This document shows, piece by piece, positions 50,001-61,285 of a stretch of 64,000 bases of DNA. The notes beneath the pieces are model-generated. The model did not search any database. It was not told the DNA's origin and saw nothing but the letters and a program-made list of their open reading frames with translations. Position 1 is the first letter of the stretch; each line of letters starts with the position of its first letter. The position numbers and the translations under genes were made by a program. This DNA comes from Calcarisporiella thermophila CBS 279.70. Lineage: Eukaryota; Fungi; Calcarisporiellomycota. Location: the NCBI RefSeq assembly GCF_041956535.1, contig NW_027192197.1:1013647-1077646 (forward strand), in the 5' to 3' direction.

Positions 50001-52072
50001 TCGACCTTGAAACCAACCCCGTCGAGATATACAAAACGTGCATCAACAATGAGGAGTCGCGGACTGGCCGACCCACCACGCGTCCATTAAACGTGAGTGC
50101 CGAAGAGGCAGTGATGAACGATGAGGAAACCAAAGCAACCTTTATTCAGCGTAAATTCTACTATCATGAACTTGTCCGTAGAAATTAACACTCATTGCCT
50201 ATTGAATAGATCTGCAGCGCCTCCGCGTGGTTACGGAAGAATTCCTCAGTGCCATTTTGGGCTCCCTTGAAAAAATGCCCTATGGTATTCGGCTCATTGC
50301 TAGAGAGCTCAAGGATGCTCTTGGTGAGAAATTCCCGGATGAACCCGAGTCGGAAGTGATGAAAGTGATTGGAAACTTCGTCTACTACCGATACATCAAT
50401 CCTGCTATCATGTAAGCTGAATTCGCGATGGGGACCTTTGTTTTTTATTTATTTAACAATGGCTCACTGACGACTCTACTCTCACCCTGGCATGGTCCAC
50501 AGTGCACCCGAGACGTTTGATGTGGTCGAGCGTGTGATTAACCCACAACAGCGAAAGAACCTGGGCCAAGTGGCCAAGATGTTGCATCAGATTGCCCGTG
50601 GAAAACCCTTCATGGATGGAGAGGGCGAAATGTTCTTTGCGCCGCTCAACAGCTATGTCCTGTTTTCAGCCGGCAAATTTACCGAGTGGTTCCAAGCAGG
50701 TAAGGCTAATTTGTCAAGGGCACGCTTACCTTGACCCCCACTAAGTTCCACCTTTTCTATTCCACCAGTGACTCAGGTCAAGAACGCCGAGAGCTACTTC
50801 CAGATGGACCACTTCTTGGATATCACCACCACTCGTAAACCGATCATCTACATATCCCCGGCCGAAATCTTTTCCATGCATGGGATGCTCATGGATCATC
50901 TTCAGGAGGTGGCGCCACTCGAGAGCGATCCACTGCGTATCATCCTGAAGGATCTAGGGCCGAGCCCTCCCGTGGATGAGAATACGCAGCAGAATGATAT
51001 TAGCCTGACGCTTGTAGACCGCTTCGCAAGCGAGGTTGATGGTAAGTTCTTCTCTTCATGACCGCTGTATAGCTCGAAAATGAAATCGAATCCTCTCTCT
51101 TTCCTGCGTGGTGAGATCCGGATGCAGATATCAATCGGCTCTTCGTCGAGACAAAGCGGCTAGTGCTGACGGTCATTCGGGTCCAAAAAGGCAGCAACCT
51201 TGTCGAAATTCTCACCAAGCCAGTGACGCCCGCAGACGAGAGTGCGTATGCCGAGCTTGAGAGAGTCGACGACTCCAAGGGCAATGACACGCGTCCTGGA
51301 TCCAGCCTTCACACCGCTCAGAGCTTCCTGCAACTCAAGCGACACACGCTTGAGAACGTCCTCCGGCTGGAGGCAGAGGGGCGCATCACGCGCGAAAACC
51401 ACTACCAAGATATCCTCAATGCGATCGCGACCGATATCCGCAACAAGCATCGCCGCCGCGTGCAGCGCGACCGAGAGCTCAAGGCCATTCGGCAGACCCT
51501 TGCCAATCTTGAGGAGAAGCGGCGCTACCTGGACGAGCAACGCCAGAGTTACTACAACTACATCGAGGCTTGCATGGAGAACCTGAAGAATAGCCGAGGG
51601 TATGGGTGCTCTGAGAATTACTTCCGGAGAGGAGGGGGGGAGGAAGTTGGCTCACCAATACTTATTTGACTCTATTGCTTTTAGGCGAAGAAATCGGTAT
51701 GTTCTACCCTTCACCCGTCAGTACTTCCATCTCCGTAATCTTCAGCGCCAAGGCAAGGTGCCTCGCTTTGGCTCCTACAAGTATTCTGCCGCCCGGCTTC
51801 ACGAGCAGGGCGTGCTGCTTGCCATTGAGGGAGTTTCGGAGCGCCAGTTCGAGCGTATCATGCTCACCATCTCCTCCGACGAGTTGGGGGTGTTCCGGGT
51901 GGAGGCGGCGTTTACCGGACTTGGAATCAGCGGCGGGGTGGTCGAGCTGCGTCTGGAGGATCTCCTGCAATGCCAATTCAACAACGTGCAGACCATGGAG
52001 CTATTCGATGGGGCGGCCAGAATCAACGTGAATCTGCTGCTCTTTTTGATCAACCGGAAATTCTTCGTATAA
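47054..52072 (+). CDS. IQG1: IQGAP (CH domain, 10 IQ motifs, RasGAP, RasGAP_C)
   Basis: AYEYLCHIGEAK.WIE..LRNGIILAKL; FRHSDNI-like YRHSDNIN; 30-aa IQ repeats; FVYYRYINPAI; INVNLLLFLINRKFF. Confidence 0.96.
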
Positions 52073-52649
52073 CTCGCTAATAACCTTGAACCTATCCATA
52101 CCTAATCCTTTGCTCTCTTGTTCTTGCTGTAATTTCGAATACCTTGTGTTGCTTTATAAACTCTTCAAATTTATTTGTTTCGTGTGTGTGTGTGAGAGAA
52201 TGTGTGTGCGTGTTGAGTGCGCGTGTTTATATTTCTGCCACCTATTTGCTTACTATATTCCTTATCTATACATATATATATATATTCTTTTTTTTTTCAA
52301 TTTGAAACCTGTCCCCCATTCGGCCTGCAATCATTCCTAGCAAAAATTGCCTGCCTCCTGTGAAGCAAAGATGGTTTGAGCGAGAGGAGGGAGGAGCCTT
52401 ACAATGAACATCGCACGTTAGCCAGCCGTTTATATTAAAAAATATATATTGTTTACAAAGCATTCACATATAATTTTTGTGTTCAAGCTAAAGAAAATTA
52501 AGGCGATTCTCGACGCTGCTCTCTATAGAAAAAAAAAATCCAAAAGATAATGTTGAAACCAACGAACATAAATGAAGAAAACGCGAAAGGAATATAAAAT
52601 TAAAGTGATAAAAAAAAGGACCAAATGCCCTGACCCATTTCACCTTGCT

Positions 52650-53516
52650 TCAATTCTTATCGAAAATGTGTTTACCCCTCTGCTGGTAGCTGGTCATAGG
52701 TTTCCCGCTCCCGGTGACTCCAACTATTGTCAAGGGAAAAAAAAAAATTAGTCAAAATGGGTGGATCAAGTCAATGGAATAGCGTACCTTTAGCATGGGG
52801 GTTGTCCGGCGTGGCAAAGATACTTTTTTTGCCCAGTGCACTGGCTTTCTTCTTGGCCGCCTTTTGTGTGAATTGCTGCCAGGCCTTTTGCTTCTCCTTC
52901 TCCTCCCCGCCGGTGGTCTTTTTCTTCCCGGCCTCCTTTCCGGTGGAGGTCTTTGCCTTTTTTGTTTTGGCCCCGGGGGGCAACTCGAACACAGGAGCTC
53001 GTTTCTTTCTCACTTCAACGGGCTCTACATCTTTGGTCAGCACTTTTTCAGTGGTGCCATAGCCTTTAAAGGTAACGACATACCCGTCTGACTGGGAGGC
53101 AACTACGGTGGCGGGATAAAACTGATTGTCCCCCGACCAGCGTGCCATGACTTCATCTCCAGACTGGAATTTGTCTTTGCTAGTGGTGGAGGAGGGTGCA
53201 TTTCCATTGGTTAATGACGATGAGACGGGAGAGGCTGAGGCTGAGGTGGACGGTTTCTTTTTTTCCGATGTGGGAGCAGGTTGGAGGATCTGCTGGGTGA
53301 GATTGATGAGATCAGTGAGATCGGCCTTGAGTTTGAGAAAGTCTTGATTGTTAGGATCTTTGGCAAGCGCCAACTGAAAACGTTAAATAACGCAAAGAAT
53401 GCAAAAATTAGACAACAAAGTCATTGGGCTGCCAATCAGGGCGCACTGCACAAGACACTTACTTCTACTTGATCGAGCTGGTATTTGTAATTGGCAAGAT
53501 CTTCTTCAGCGCTCAT
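52650..53516 (-). CDS. SPF30: Survival-of-motor-neuron-related splicing factor 30 (Tudor domain)
   Basis: LANYKYQLDQVE|LALAKDPNN; Tudor VMARWSGDNQFYPA..FKGYG; WQQF; SIFATPD|VGVTGSGKPMT. Confidence 0.92.
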
Positions 53517-53729
53517 GTCACCTTGTGTTATGATGGATCCCGATGATCAACAATATCGTTCAAGAACTGCGGTTTGTTTCGTCAATTTGTGACTGCAAAA
53601 ACCTAGGCGCTGAATTTCGATCGAAAAGAGGGAGTCCGCCTCCCACCGACTTTTTATTAAAAAGCTCCTTACTTTTTCCCAGACTCTTTACCATTCATCA
53701 GCCAACTGGCAACTGTGAAAACAACAGCA

Positions 53730-54226
53730 ATGTCGAATTCCAACCAAGCTGTCCGTATTATTTACAAGGATCACGACAGCGGGCGCGAGTTTTTTGTATA
53801 CGCTAATCCGGGCATGGTACCCTAGCTGTAGCCCCCCACCCTCCTCCTCTCTTAGGGGCTTTTTTTTTGAAGGAGAATTCGATAACTCATGCCATTTTCC
53901 TTGTGCTTTTTTTTATCCTGCAGGCCGAAAAGTATCGTAAAGACAAGACCATTCCGCTTGTCGAGGTCCTGCAATCCGATAAGGTGTTTGATGTGGACCA
54001 GGGTGGAAACACGGGACAAGCCAGTTCGCCCCCCAATTCCACGCTTGAGAACACATTTGGTACGAAGGATAGGTGGAGCATTGCGCAACGCATTGTCGAA
54101 GAGGGAGACATTAAGGGAATACACTGGTCAGCGCATGGCGGAATTCTCCAGAAAGAACAAAAGGGGGCGTTCGGGAAGGGAGGGCTAAAGCAAGGGGATG
54201 TACACGACACCAACTTTTTGCGCTAA
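53730..54226 (+). CDS. RTC3: SBDS N-terminal-domain protein (Rtc3-like)
   Basis: IIYK...FFVYANPGM|AEKYRKDKTIPLVEVLQS..VF...G..LENTFGT...I.EEG. Confidence 0.85.
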
Positions 54227-54933
54227 GGGTTTTGTTGAGGATGAAGATGCGTTGTTTTTGTATTGATATGCATGTATTTGGACGTTTTTTCTTTTGAAGT
54301 AAATATGTGTTTTAGAAAAGGCGACAAAGCACGACGGCTCCATGTTAAATTTTCAATCTTTGTATCTCTTCCTCTTCGGCTTTGCCTATACTAAGGTGCT
54401 TCGTGGCGCTCCCACGAAAGACCCACTCGAGTCTCTACCTGACGCTTACCAATTTGGTGGCCTAGCCCGGTTGGGGCCATTTCGTCATCAGCAGTAGCAA
54501 ATTCTTCATCGCGTAACACCCGTCAAAGCATGTTAAGATCGATCATGCACTTATCTTTACTCCTGGCGTGCCCAACCCCCCCAAAAGTTTGCGATCTTTC
54601 TTAGCGCACCATTTTTCTCATCATCCTGCTCCCCCTTACGCTCTCCGTCCCATAGTAATGGCGGGGTGTCATTTCCATGGAGCCGTGTCTGGCTGACTCT
54701 ATTTAGCTAGTCTCTATTTAGCTAGTCTCTATTTGGACTACGGTCCTTTGTATGGTAATCCTACCCAGCTCCCAGAACTCCCCTCCAATATGCAAAAATA
54801 CAAACAAGAGTCCTCTACCTCGAGCCGGTCCTATTTTTCGGATTAGAAGTAGTAACATTTTATTATCATTGCTTTACAAGGGTGGAAAGAAATGTTCTTT
54901 TTTTCGTCTCCTATATAATCTCTATAAAATGGA

Positions 54934-56095
54934 CTATATGCCAACCACGTCGATCTCCTCCTGCGAGTCCTCCTCTTCCTGCGTCAGCGCAATGGTCTCC
55001 TCCCGTGCAAAATAGTCCCCTCTTCTCCGTTGCCGTGTGGATCTTGCCGGGGGGGCGGGCCGCTTCTTTCCTCGCTTGGAGCTGTTGGTAGAGGGGGGGG
55101 GTTGGGTGGGGGTGGGGGGGGGGAGTGGTAGGAGGGGGTGGAGTTCGGTGTTCTTCTCGGTCGTTTCGAGGTTCCCATTTCTGAGTGTAAGGGAGAGGCG
55201 AGACAGGACTCGACGTAGGCGTGCAGCTCGTTGAGCGTTGCCTCGTCCAGCGTTGATAGATCCACCACGAACTCCTCTTCCTCCTCCTCGTCCTCCGCGG
55301 GTTTATGTGCGCCTGTGAGGATATCCACCACTCCGCCGAGCTTCTCGGCGGGCAGCCGCCGGGTGATTTTATCAAGCAGCTCCTCCTCCGCCAGCTTGCG
55401 GATTTTACTCTCTTCACTTGGGGCCTCTACGATGTTGACTATGCGGTCGTCCTCTTCCTCCTCATCGCTCTCCAGGTTGTCCTCCTCTTCGGAGGAGGAG
55501 GAGAGTGCATCGCTTGGTATTGAGTATCCGGGTTCAAAATGTGTGGTTGGTGCCTGTACAATTGCTTGAACGGTGGAGGGGGGTATTGTTGCTTCAATGG
55601 GGGTTGATTGTGTTTCATACGACGAAACCATGGCATCTGCAAAACAAAATGTCACACCGCATTTAGCTCGTCATGGCGCGCGAAAAAGGGTAAACAAACA
55701 ATTTCAACCCACCGAAAAGCTCATTTGTTAGCACCGCCGGCGGTACACACATCTCTCCCCATCCTACATCCATCCAACTCAAACCATTTCTACAAGCAAC
55801 AGCAGGTTAGTGTCCAATCGTCAACATGTTTCCGCTTTCCGCCAACCGCCACACTTACTGATATAATAGCATCTCCACTTCTTCTGTAAGGTCTTCTGCC
55901 AGGTCTTCTGTGCCCCCCTCACCGTCTTCCAGCCAAGTTTCCTCGACGGGGTTATGCTGTAGTAGAGAGAAAGATGTGTGATCCTTGGTGGCCTCTGCTG
56001 GGGCATGCTGATTGAGAACAGTGAGGCTATGGTGAAAAGAGGTCAGCGGTGAGGGTAAAACGAAGGCGATTGGGGTTGTTCATTTACCCTCCCAT
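54934..56095 (-). CDS. Stand-alone ET (BET extra-terminal)-like domain protein, with an apparent frameshift in a poly-C tract
   Basis: ET domain LLDKITRRLPAEKLGGVVDIL...EEFVVDLSTLDEATLNELHAYV. ATG probably at 56095 (MGG|LTVLNQH). The likely C-terminus, EEEDSQEEIDVVGI*, is in another frame. Confidence 0.7.
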
Positions 56096-56954
56096 TTATT
56101 TAATGTCTATTTCTCGCGTTGGTTTTGCTCCAGGTAGAATATTTTTTGTTTGGGTACTTTGAGAGGGTCGATGAATTGAGGTAGAGTGGGGAAGTTCCAA
56201 AAACAATAGAGGGGATGAATAATAGTAATAGGGGTGGGATTGTTTATAGAGTGGAAAGCAAGATGTGCATTATATATTTTTTTTTCTAGTAGTGCGGAAC
56301 GGGAATAAATGAAGGAAATAAAGTGTAAATAATAAACAAGAAAAACTCGAAAATTTTTCCTCAGATTCGAGGAGTCGCGTGAGAGGCCCGATCCTAAATC
56401 CACTCACTTCCCACAATCCCAGAGAAATTGCCGAACTCTTACAAACTCGGCCGCCCTCAATTTGCGTGGTCCCCTTAGTTGATAGAAGCGCTTGAGCCTC
56501 GACCCTAAATTCTTATAAGAAAACCCATTGCTTTCTTACAAGTTAGAGGCCCTTGTGCAAGAGACAAAAGTTGCTTCCCAAGATCGGATGAGCGTCTCTT
56601 TGTGCTCTGACGGCCCGTAAAGCAGCGACATCACATCACATCACACCAGAGAAGAGAAACAAGCCTTTCGAAAGAGACTGGGGGGGGGGAGGCTTTATGA
56701 TATTTTCAATTTCAAAACAGTACAAAAATTGATGAGGAAACTGAATGAATGAGTATACAAAAAAGGGAGGGGGAAAAATATATATATAATAAATAAATAT
56801 AACATACATGAAACAGATCCTATGTAGCCGACAATGAGAAAATTATATATGTGCAGAGAGTATCAAAGAACATAGACAAACAAGCCAAGGAAGCAAGAAA
56901 AAAAAAACCGAATCAAGACCAAGAAACTCGAAAATATCCCAACCGAAGGCAGCG

Positions 56955-57729
56955 TCACTCTATTCTAATTCCGCTTACGCTCATGCTTCTTGCCCGCATC
57001 TTCGTCTCCATCGCAGGATGCTCTTTAAACCGGACCTCGCTCATCCTTCGATGCCTGACGCGACCTTCCTCCAGCTCCTTCTCCTTCACGAACACCGCTG
57101 CGTTTGCAAGCAAGTCCATTCCCCCGCTTTCGGGCGCTGGCATCACCAAATAGGAAACGGGGGAATGGGGTATTGAGTAGGGATGCAGCTGGCTAGGCGG
57201 GAATGGAGAGGTGGTGGGTGTCAGAGGGGAGAACGAGAGCGGCTGCGACGATGTCCGGGGCACAATCTTGATGGGGGCGGGGGCGATGACGCGGCCCGCC
57301 AGGTGATGCTGGGCCTGGTGCTTCTGGGAGGCGAGATAGGGATGGCTGCGGAGCTGGGCCAGGGATTGCTGCAAGGCTTTTTGTCGGTTGACCTTGGCGC
57401 GGCGATTCTGGAACCAGATCTAATAGCAACATACACAAAACACACAGAGGGCGCCGTCAATCCTACCTGCCCTCTCCATGATGACTTCAGCAGCCACTGA
57501 CCTGCACCTCTCTGTTCGACATTCCAAGCCGCTTCCCAATTCCCTCGCGCACTTCGAAGCTCGGGGTGTCGGTCTTGTCGAAGAGATCGGAGAGCTCCTT
57601 CAGCTGATGCTGGGAAATGCGCTTGCGCTTGGACTTGTTGGCGGGGGGCACGTTTGCCTCCGCCAGCGGGGAATTGTCGCCATTGGCCTCGTCGATGGGA
57701 TTGAGCAGGGTGTGAATGCTGTGGTACAT
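56955..57729 (-). CDS. Homeodomain transcription factor; exons 57502-57729 and 56955-57419
   Basis: KRKRISQHQLKELSDLF...PSFEVREGIGKRLGMSNREVQ|IWFQNRRAK. Confidence 0.95.
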
Positions 57730-58427
57730 GATGGCGTCTGGAGAAGTAGCAAGATGGAGAGGGGTTAGTGTGGTGGGCAAGATCATTAGCAGAGGGGGGG
57801 ACGTACGGGAGTGCGGAATCGCGGAAACTCCTGAATGAATTCGAAAAGGAAAAAAGGGGAAGCAAGCAGGGTGGAGATAGAGCAAGCTCGTTGAGTGAAA
57901 AATCATTTAAAAACCTGGCGCAATGTGAGTGAGTGCTGGCAGCGCCTGTGATTGGGTTGGGACCAAATTCTGAATTTGCCACCGTTAAATCTTATCATTC
58001 TTGGGCCCAGCTGGGCTTCTCACGTAAAAATCGCACAAGGCAATAAGCTGAGCTAATTTAAGCATTATGGGCTCCCAAACCTTCTTCTCCCCGAATACAT
58101 TATTCGCCTGTATATCTCCCTGAGGGCGCTGCCGGCCGCCGCTGACGGTGCCTGCGCCTCGCCATCCAGGCCACGCTCCCCTCCCCCTGACGGCCCGGCT
58201 CCCATGCTGGACGCAACCCCGCCGAATTGCTCCGCCACCCCGCGCCGAGCTGCCCCCGAGCGGGGTGAGAGCGGATGGAGTTCAGTAGCTTTAGGCTCAA
58301 GTAATCTGAAATTGGGTCATATGCTCCTGTCGTAGAACATATCAGCTAATATGTGCTATGCTAATACTACGGCTCCACAGATTTAGTCAGATTTCTTCCC
58401 GTCGGGATTGTGTAAACCGATATGGCC

Positions 58428-58796
58428 TGGATCGAGTGGATTATGAAAACCTGTCCTTTCCCTGGCCAAGATGGGGAGGATGCTCGGGCATTCGGTTCCC
58501 CGGTAGAGACGCGCTGCACCCACAACTTAACCTATCAAACAACGGAGCCAGATGCCCAGCAAAGCCTACTGTGGAGGGAGTGGGCTTTGAAGCAGTGGGC
58601 AAATCTACGTGGCTTTCCCCCCATCCGCGCAGCTTTGCCTTGTCTTTTGGAAAGTCCTACGCCTGTTCTCAAGGGGTCTATTGCCTAGGAGATGTCTTGA
58701 CCTTCGGATGGAAGAAGAGGGCTGTGGTGCAGCTTGCAGACGACTCGGCGTCTGGAATACTTTGGCTAAAGAGTAGCTGCTCGTGGAGCATGTTTT
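58428..58796 (+). ncRNA. Candidate structured ncRNA of unknown family
   Basis: A-box-like TGGATCGAGTGG, several G-U-containing hairpins on the + strand, a 3' three-way junction and a terminal T4. Confidence 0.4.
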
Positions 58797-59059
58797 AAAA
58801 CTTGCAATTTGCACGGAAAAGTTAATTGCAAGATGATCCGAGTCACACACCTCTAATGGAAGAGGACCGAGGCTAGAACGCTTTTGTAAAAACTTCAGAT
58901 TGTACTTGTTTATTCAAAATTGAGTTGACTAGAGTAGAATAGAAATACATAGGTACGGGATTCGACAAGGAAAAAGAGTGTGATCTCCATAAAGTGGTGG
59001 CAAGTAAGTATACATGACACATCAACAGCCCGACCTCACGGGAAAACCTCGCCCTTGAA

Positions 59060-60403
59060 TTAGAGGTGCAATAATCTGGCCTGGATCTGGTTGAGAAGAG
59101 CCTCTTGAGCGGCAAACGCCTGAGGTGTGACACCAAACCTGCGGAGTCCTTGGGCCATCGCATCAGTGACCCTCACGTTCATCCAGTTGTCCCTCTTGGC
59201 CACTTTGGCATCCGCCGCATGGTCCCCAGTGGGCTTCTGTAGCTCAGCCTGAAGCTCAGCCTGAAGCTCGGCCTGCAGCTCGTTCAACAAGGCTTCCTCC
59301 TTGGCGAACTCTTCGGGCGAAACACCCATGGAGCGGAGCACATTGGCCGTCTCGTCCTCGTTGCTTCGCTTGGCCACTCTAGAGTTAGCGCCATGCATGG
59401 AGCCCTGGTATTTGGCCTGCAAAAGATTGAGAAGCTGCTCCTCGGCCTCAAGCTGCTGAGGAGAAACTCCCATCGATTGGAGAGCACTGGCCATCTCAGA
59501 AGTGATCTTCACACTCTGGGGGGTGGAGGCGGCAGCTTGCTGGGCAGCCCGCTTAGCCATTTTGGGGGCGGAGGTGGCACCCTGCTGTTTGGTCTGCTCA
59601 GCGCTCAGTGAGGCCTCCTCAGCAGCAAGCTGCTCTGGAGTAATTCCCATCGAGCGGAGCTCGTTGGCCATTTCGGGAGTGATGTTCATTCCCGCTGGCG
59701 AGGCGCCAGTGCCGGCAGCAGAGGCACCCTGCGGACTACCCTGCTTCGATGCGTCGTCCACCTTGGCAGCGCTGGCGGTCTTATCAGCACTGGCGTTCTG
59801 TGGCTGAGTGGTTGGCGCGTCGGCGCTGACACCGGCAGCGGCCTGCTGCTGCTGCTGCTGCTGCTGCTGGGGTTGTCCAGCCATCTCGGGCGCAATGTTG
59901 GCACCTTCAGGAGCAGGGGCAGAAGCAGCTTCCACCGGCATTGCTGGGGCTGAAGGTCGAGACTGCCCTTGCGTGCCCCTAATCATATCAATCTGAGCTT
60001 GAATATTTCTACTCACTGCCTCGCGCTGGACCTCAAGAGCTCGGATCAGGGCTTCCGAACCGGGAGCCTGGGCCTTGATCACATTAACTTGCTCATCATA
60101 GGCTTTCAACACATTTCTAAGTTCACTCTCGAGCTCAGATGCGGATCCGAAAATCGCAATTTCGGCGGGTAGTTGCTGCTGCTGCTGTTGCTGCGGCTGC
60201 GAAACTGGCACCAGCTGCTGGGCTTGTTGGGCCTCGGAAGATTTAGCTTGAGTGTCGACGGCTTGGGCTTGTGCAGGCACCGCATCCGGGGCCGGGAGAG
60301 CCGCGCTCACCTCACCGGGAGCTTGATCTCTTTGGTGGAGAGGGAAGCCGGTGGCAAGGAGAGTGGAGGCCAGGAGGAAAGAAGCTAGAGTAATTGCCTT
60401 CAT
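59060..60403 (-). CDS. Secreted Gln/Ala-rich precursor with four ~26-aa repeats separated by AKR sites (KEP-like)
   Basis: Signal peptide; intronless 447-aa ORF; KMAKR, RVAKR and KVAKR sites; TATA box at about 60555. Confidence 0.85.
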   Translation of the reverse strand: MKAITLASFLLASTLLATGFPLHQRDQAPGEVSAALPAPDAVPAQAQAVDTQAKSSEAQQAQQLVPVSQPQQQQQQQLPAEIAIFGSASELESELRNVLKAYDEQVNVIKAQAPGSEALIRALEVQREAVSRNIQAQIDMIRGTQGQSRPSAPAMPVEAASAPAPEGANIAPEMAGQPQQQQQQQQQAAAGVSADAPTTQPQNASADKTASAAKVDDASKQGSPQGASAAGTGASPAGMNITPEMANELRSMGITPEQLAAEEASLSAEQTKQQGATSAPKMAKRAAQQAAASTPQSVKITSEMASALQSMGVSPQQLEAEEQLLNLLQAKYQGSMHGANSRVAKRSNEDETANVLRSMGVSPEEFAKEEALLNELQAELQAELQAELQKPTGDHAADAKVAKRDNWMNVRVTDAMAQGLRRFGVTPQAFAAQEALLNQIQARLLHL

Positions 60404-61285
60404 ATTTCGAGGAATGAGTGGTTAGAGTGATTAGAGTCGGGAGACCACAAAGAAAAATGAGTGTAGTGTAGTGTAGTGAAAGGAGAGGAGCGACGAGTCG
60501 AGATCGAGTAAGGATGAAAAAAGGTGCCCTCTACTGCATGCCCTTCCGCCCTTTATATACAGAATCGTCAACGGAGACATGTCTCTTGAGAATCGTGTAG
60601 CTCAAGGGCGCATGGCGCAAGCACGACAGGGTCACCAATGACAAGCTCCCATGGGTACTTTATGCCGTATCCCTCCAAGCTGCCAAAACCTCCCCCGAAG
60701 ATGATGGCATGGTCATGAGAAACCCGCCAGACCAACTCTTGCCCAATGCGGTGCCCATCAAATGAAAACTGGTGAAATTGGCCATGGCTACGGCCTCTCC
60801 TCACAGGTCACATTTTACATAATTGCCCGAAGGGTGTAAAACGGTTGGATTCTGAAATTCTGAAATTTCCAAATCGATCCCTGCCCTCCGGGGATTCGCC
60901 ATTTCCGATTCGAAGAGGGGGGGGATATTTTCACTGCGAATATGCTAATTTTATGCCAAGTAGTTTCATCTGTGCGTGGACTAAGCGTTAGGGGTCTCTG
61001 GCCGGTTCAAGTGCAACTTGGGCAGTGACATTTGAGCCGAACCCAGCTTAAGTAAGAAAACGATTGACAGGTGGCTCTTTTCGGGTAGAGTGCAAAGATT
61101 CATTAAATACAATCCCCACCAACACCCCTCCTTTTACACAGGGCAATATTTCAAAGCAAAGACACTGTAATTTATAATGCAAAGGATACACCAAGTGATG
61201 CGTGACGAAAAAGGATATAGAAGGAAAATGCTAATGAATTCTGACTTGGGTGCTAGATGCGTGCACCAGGATTAAATAGCTTGGA

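Noticed and set aside
54696-54734. 15-bp tandem repeat CTCTATTTAGCTAGT, about 2.6 copies
   Set aside because: An ordinary minisatellite with no functional cue.
58649-58662. GGAAAGTCCTAC as RNase MRP CR-I
   Set aside because: No complementary CR-V downstream.
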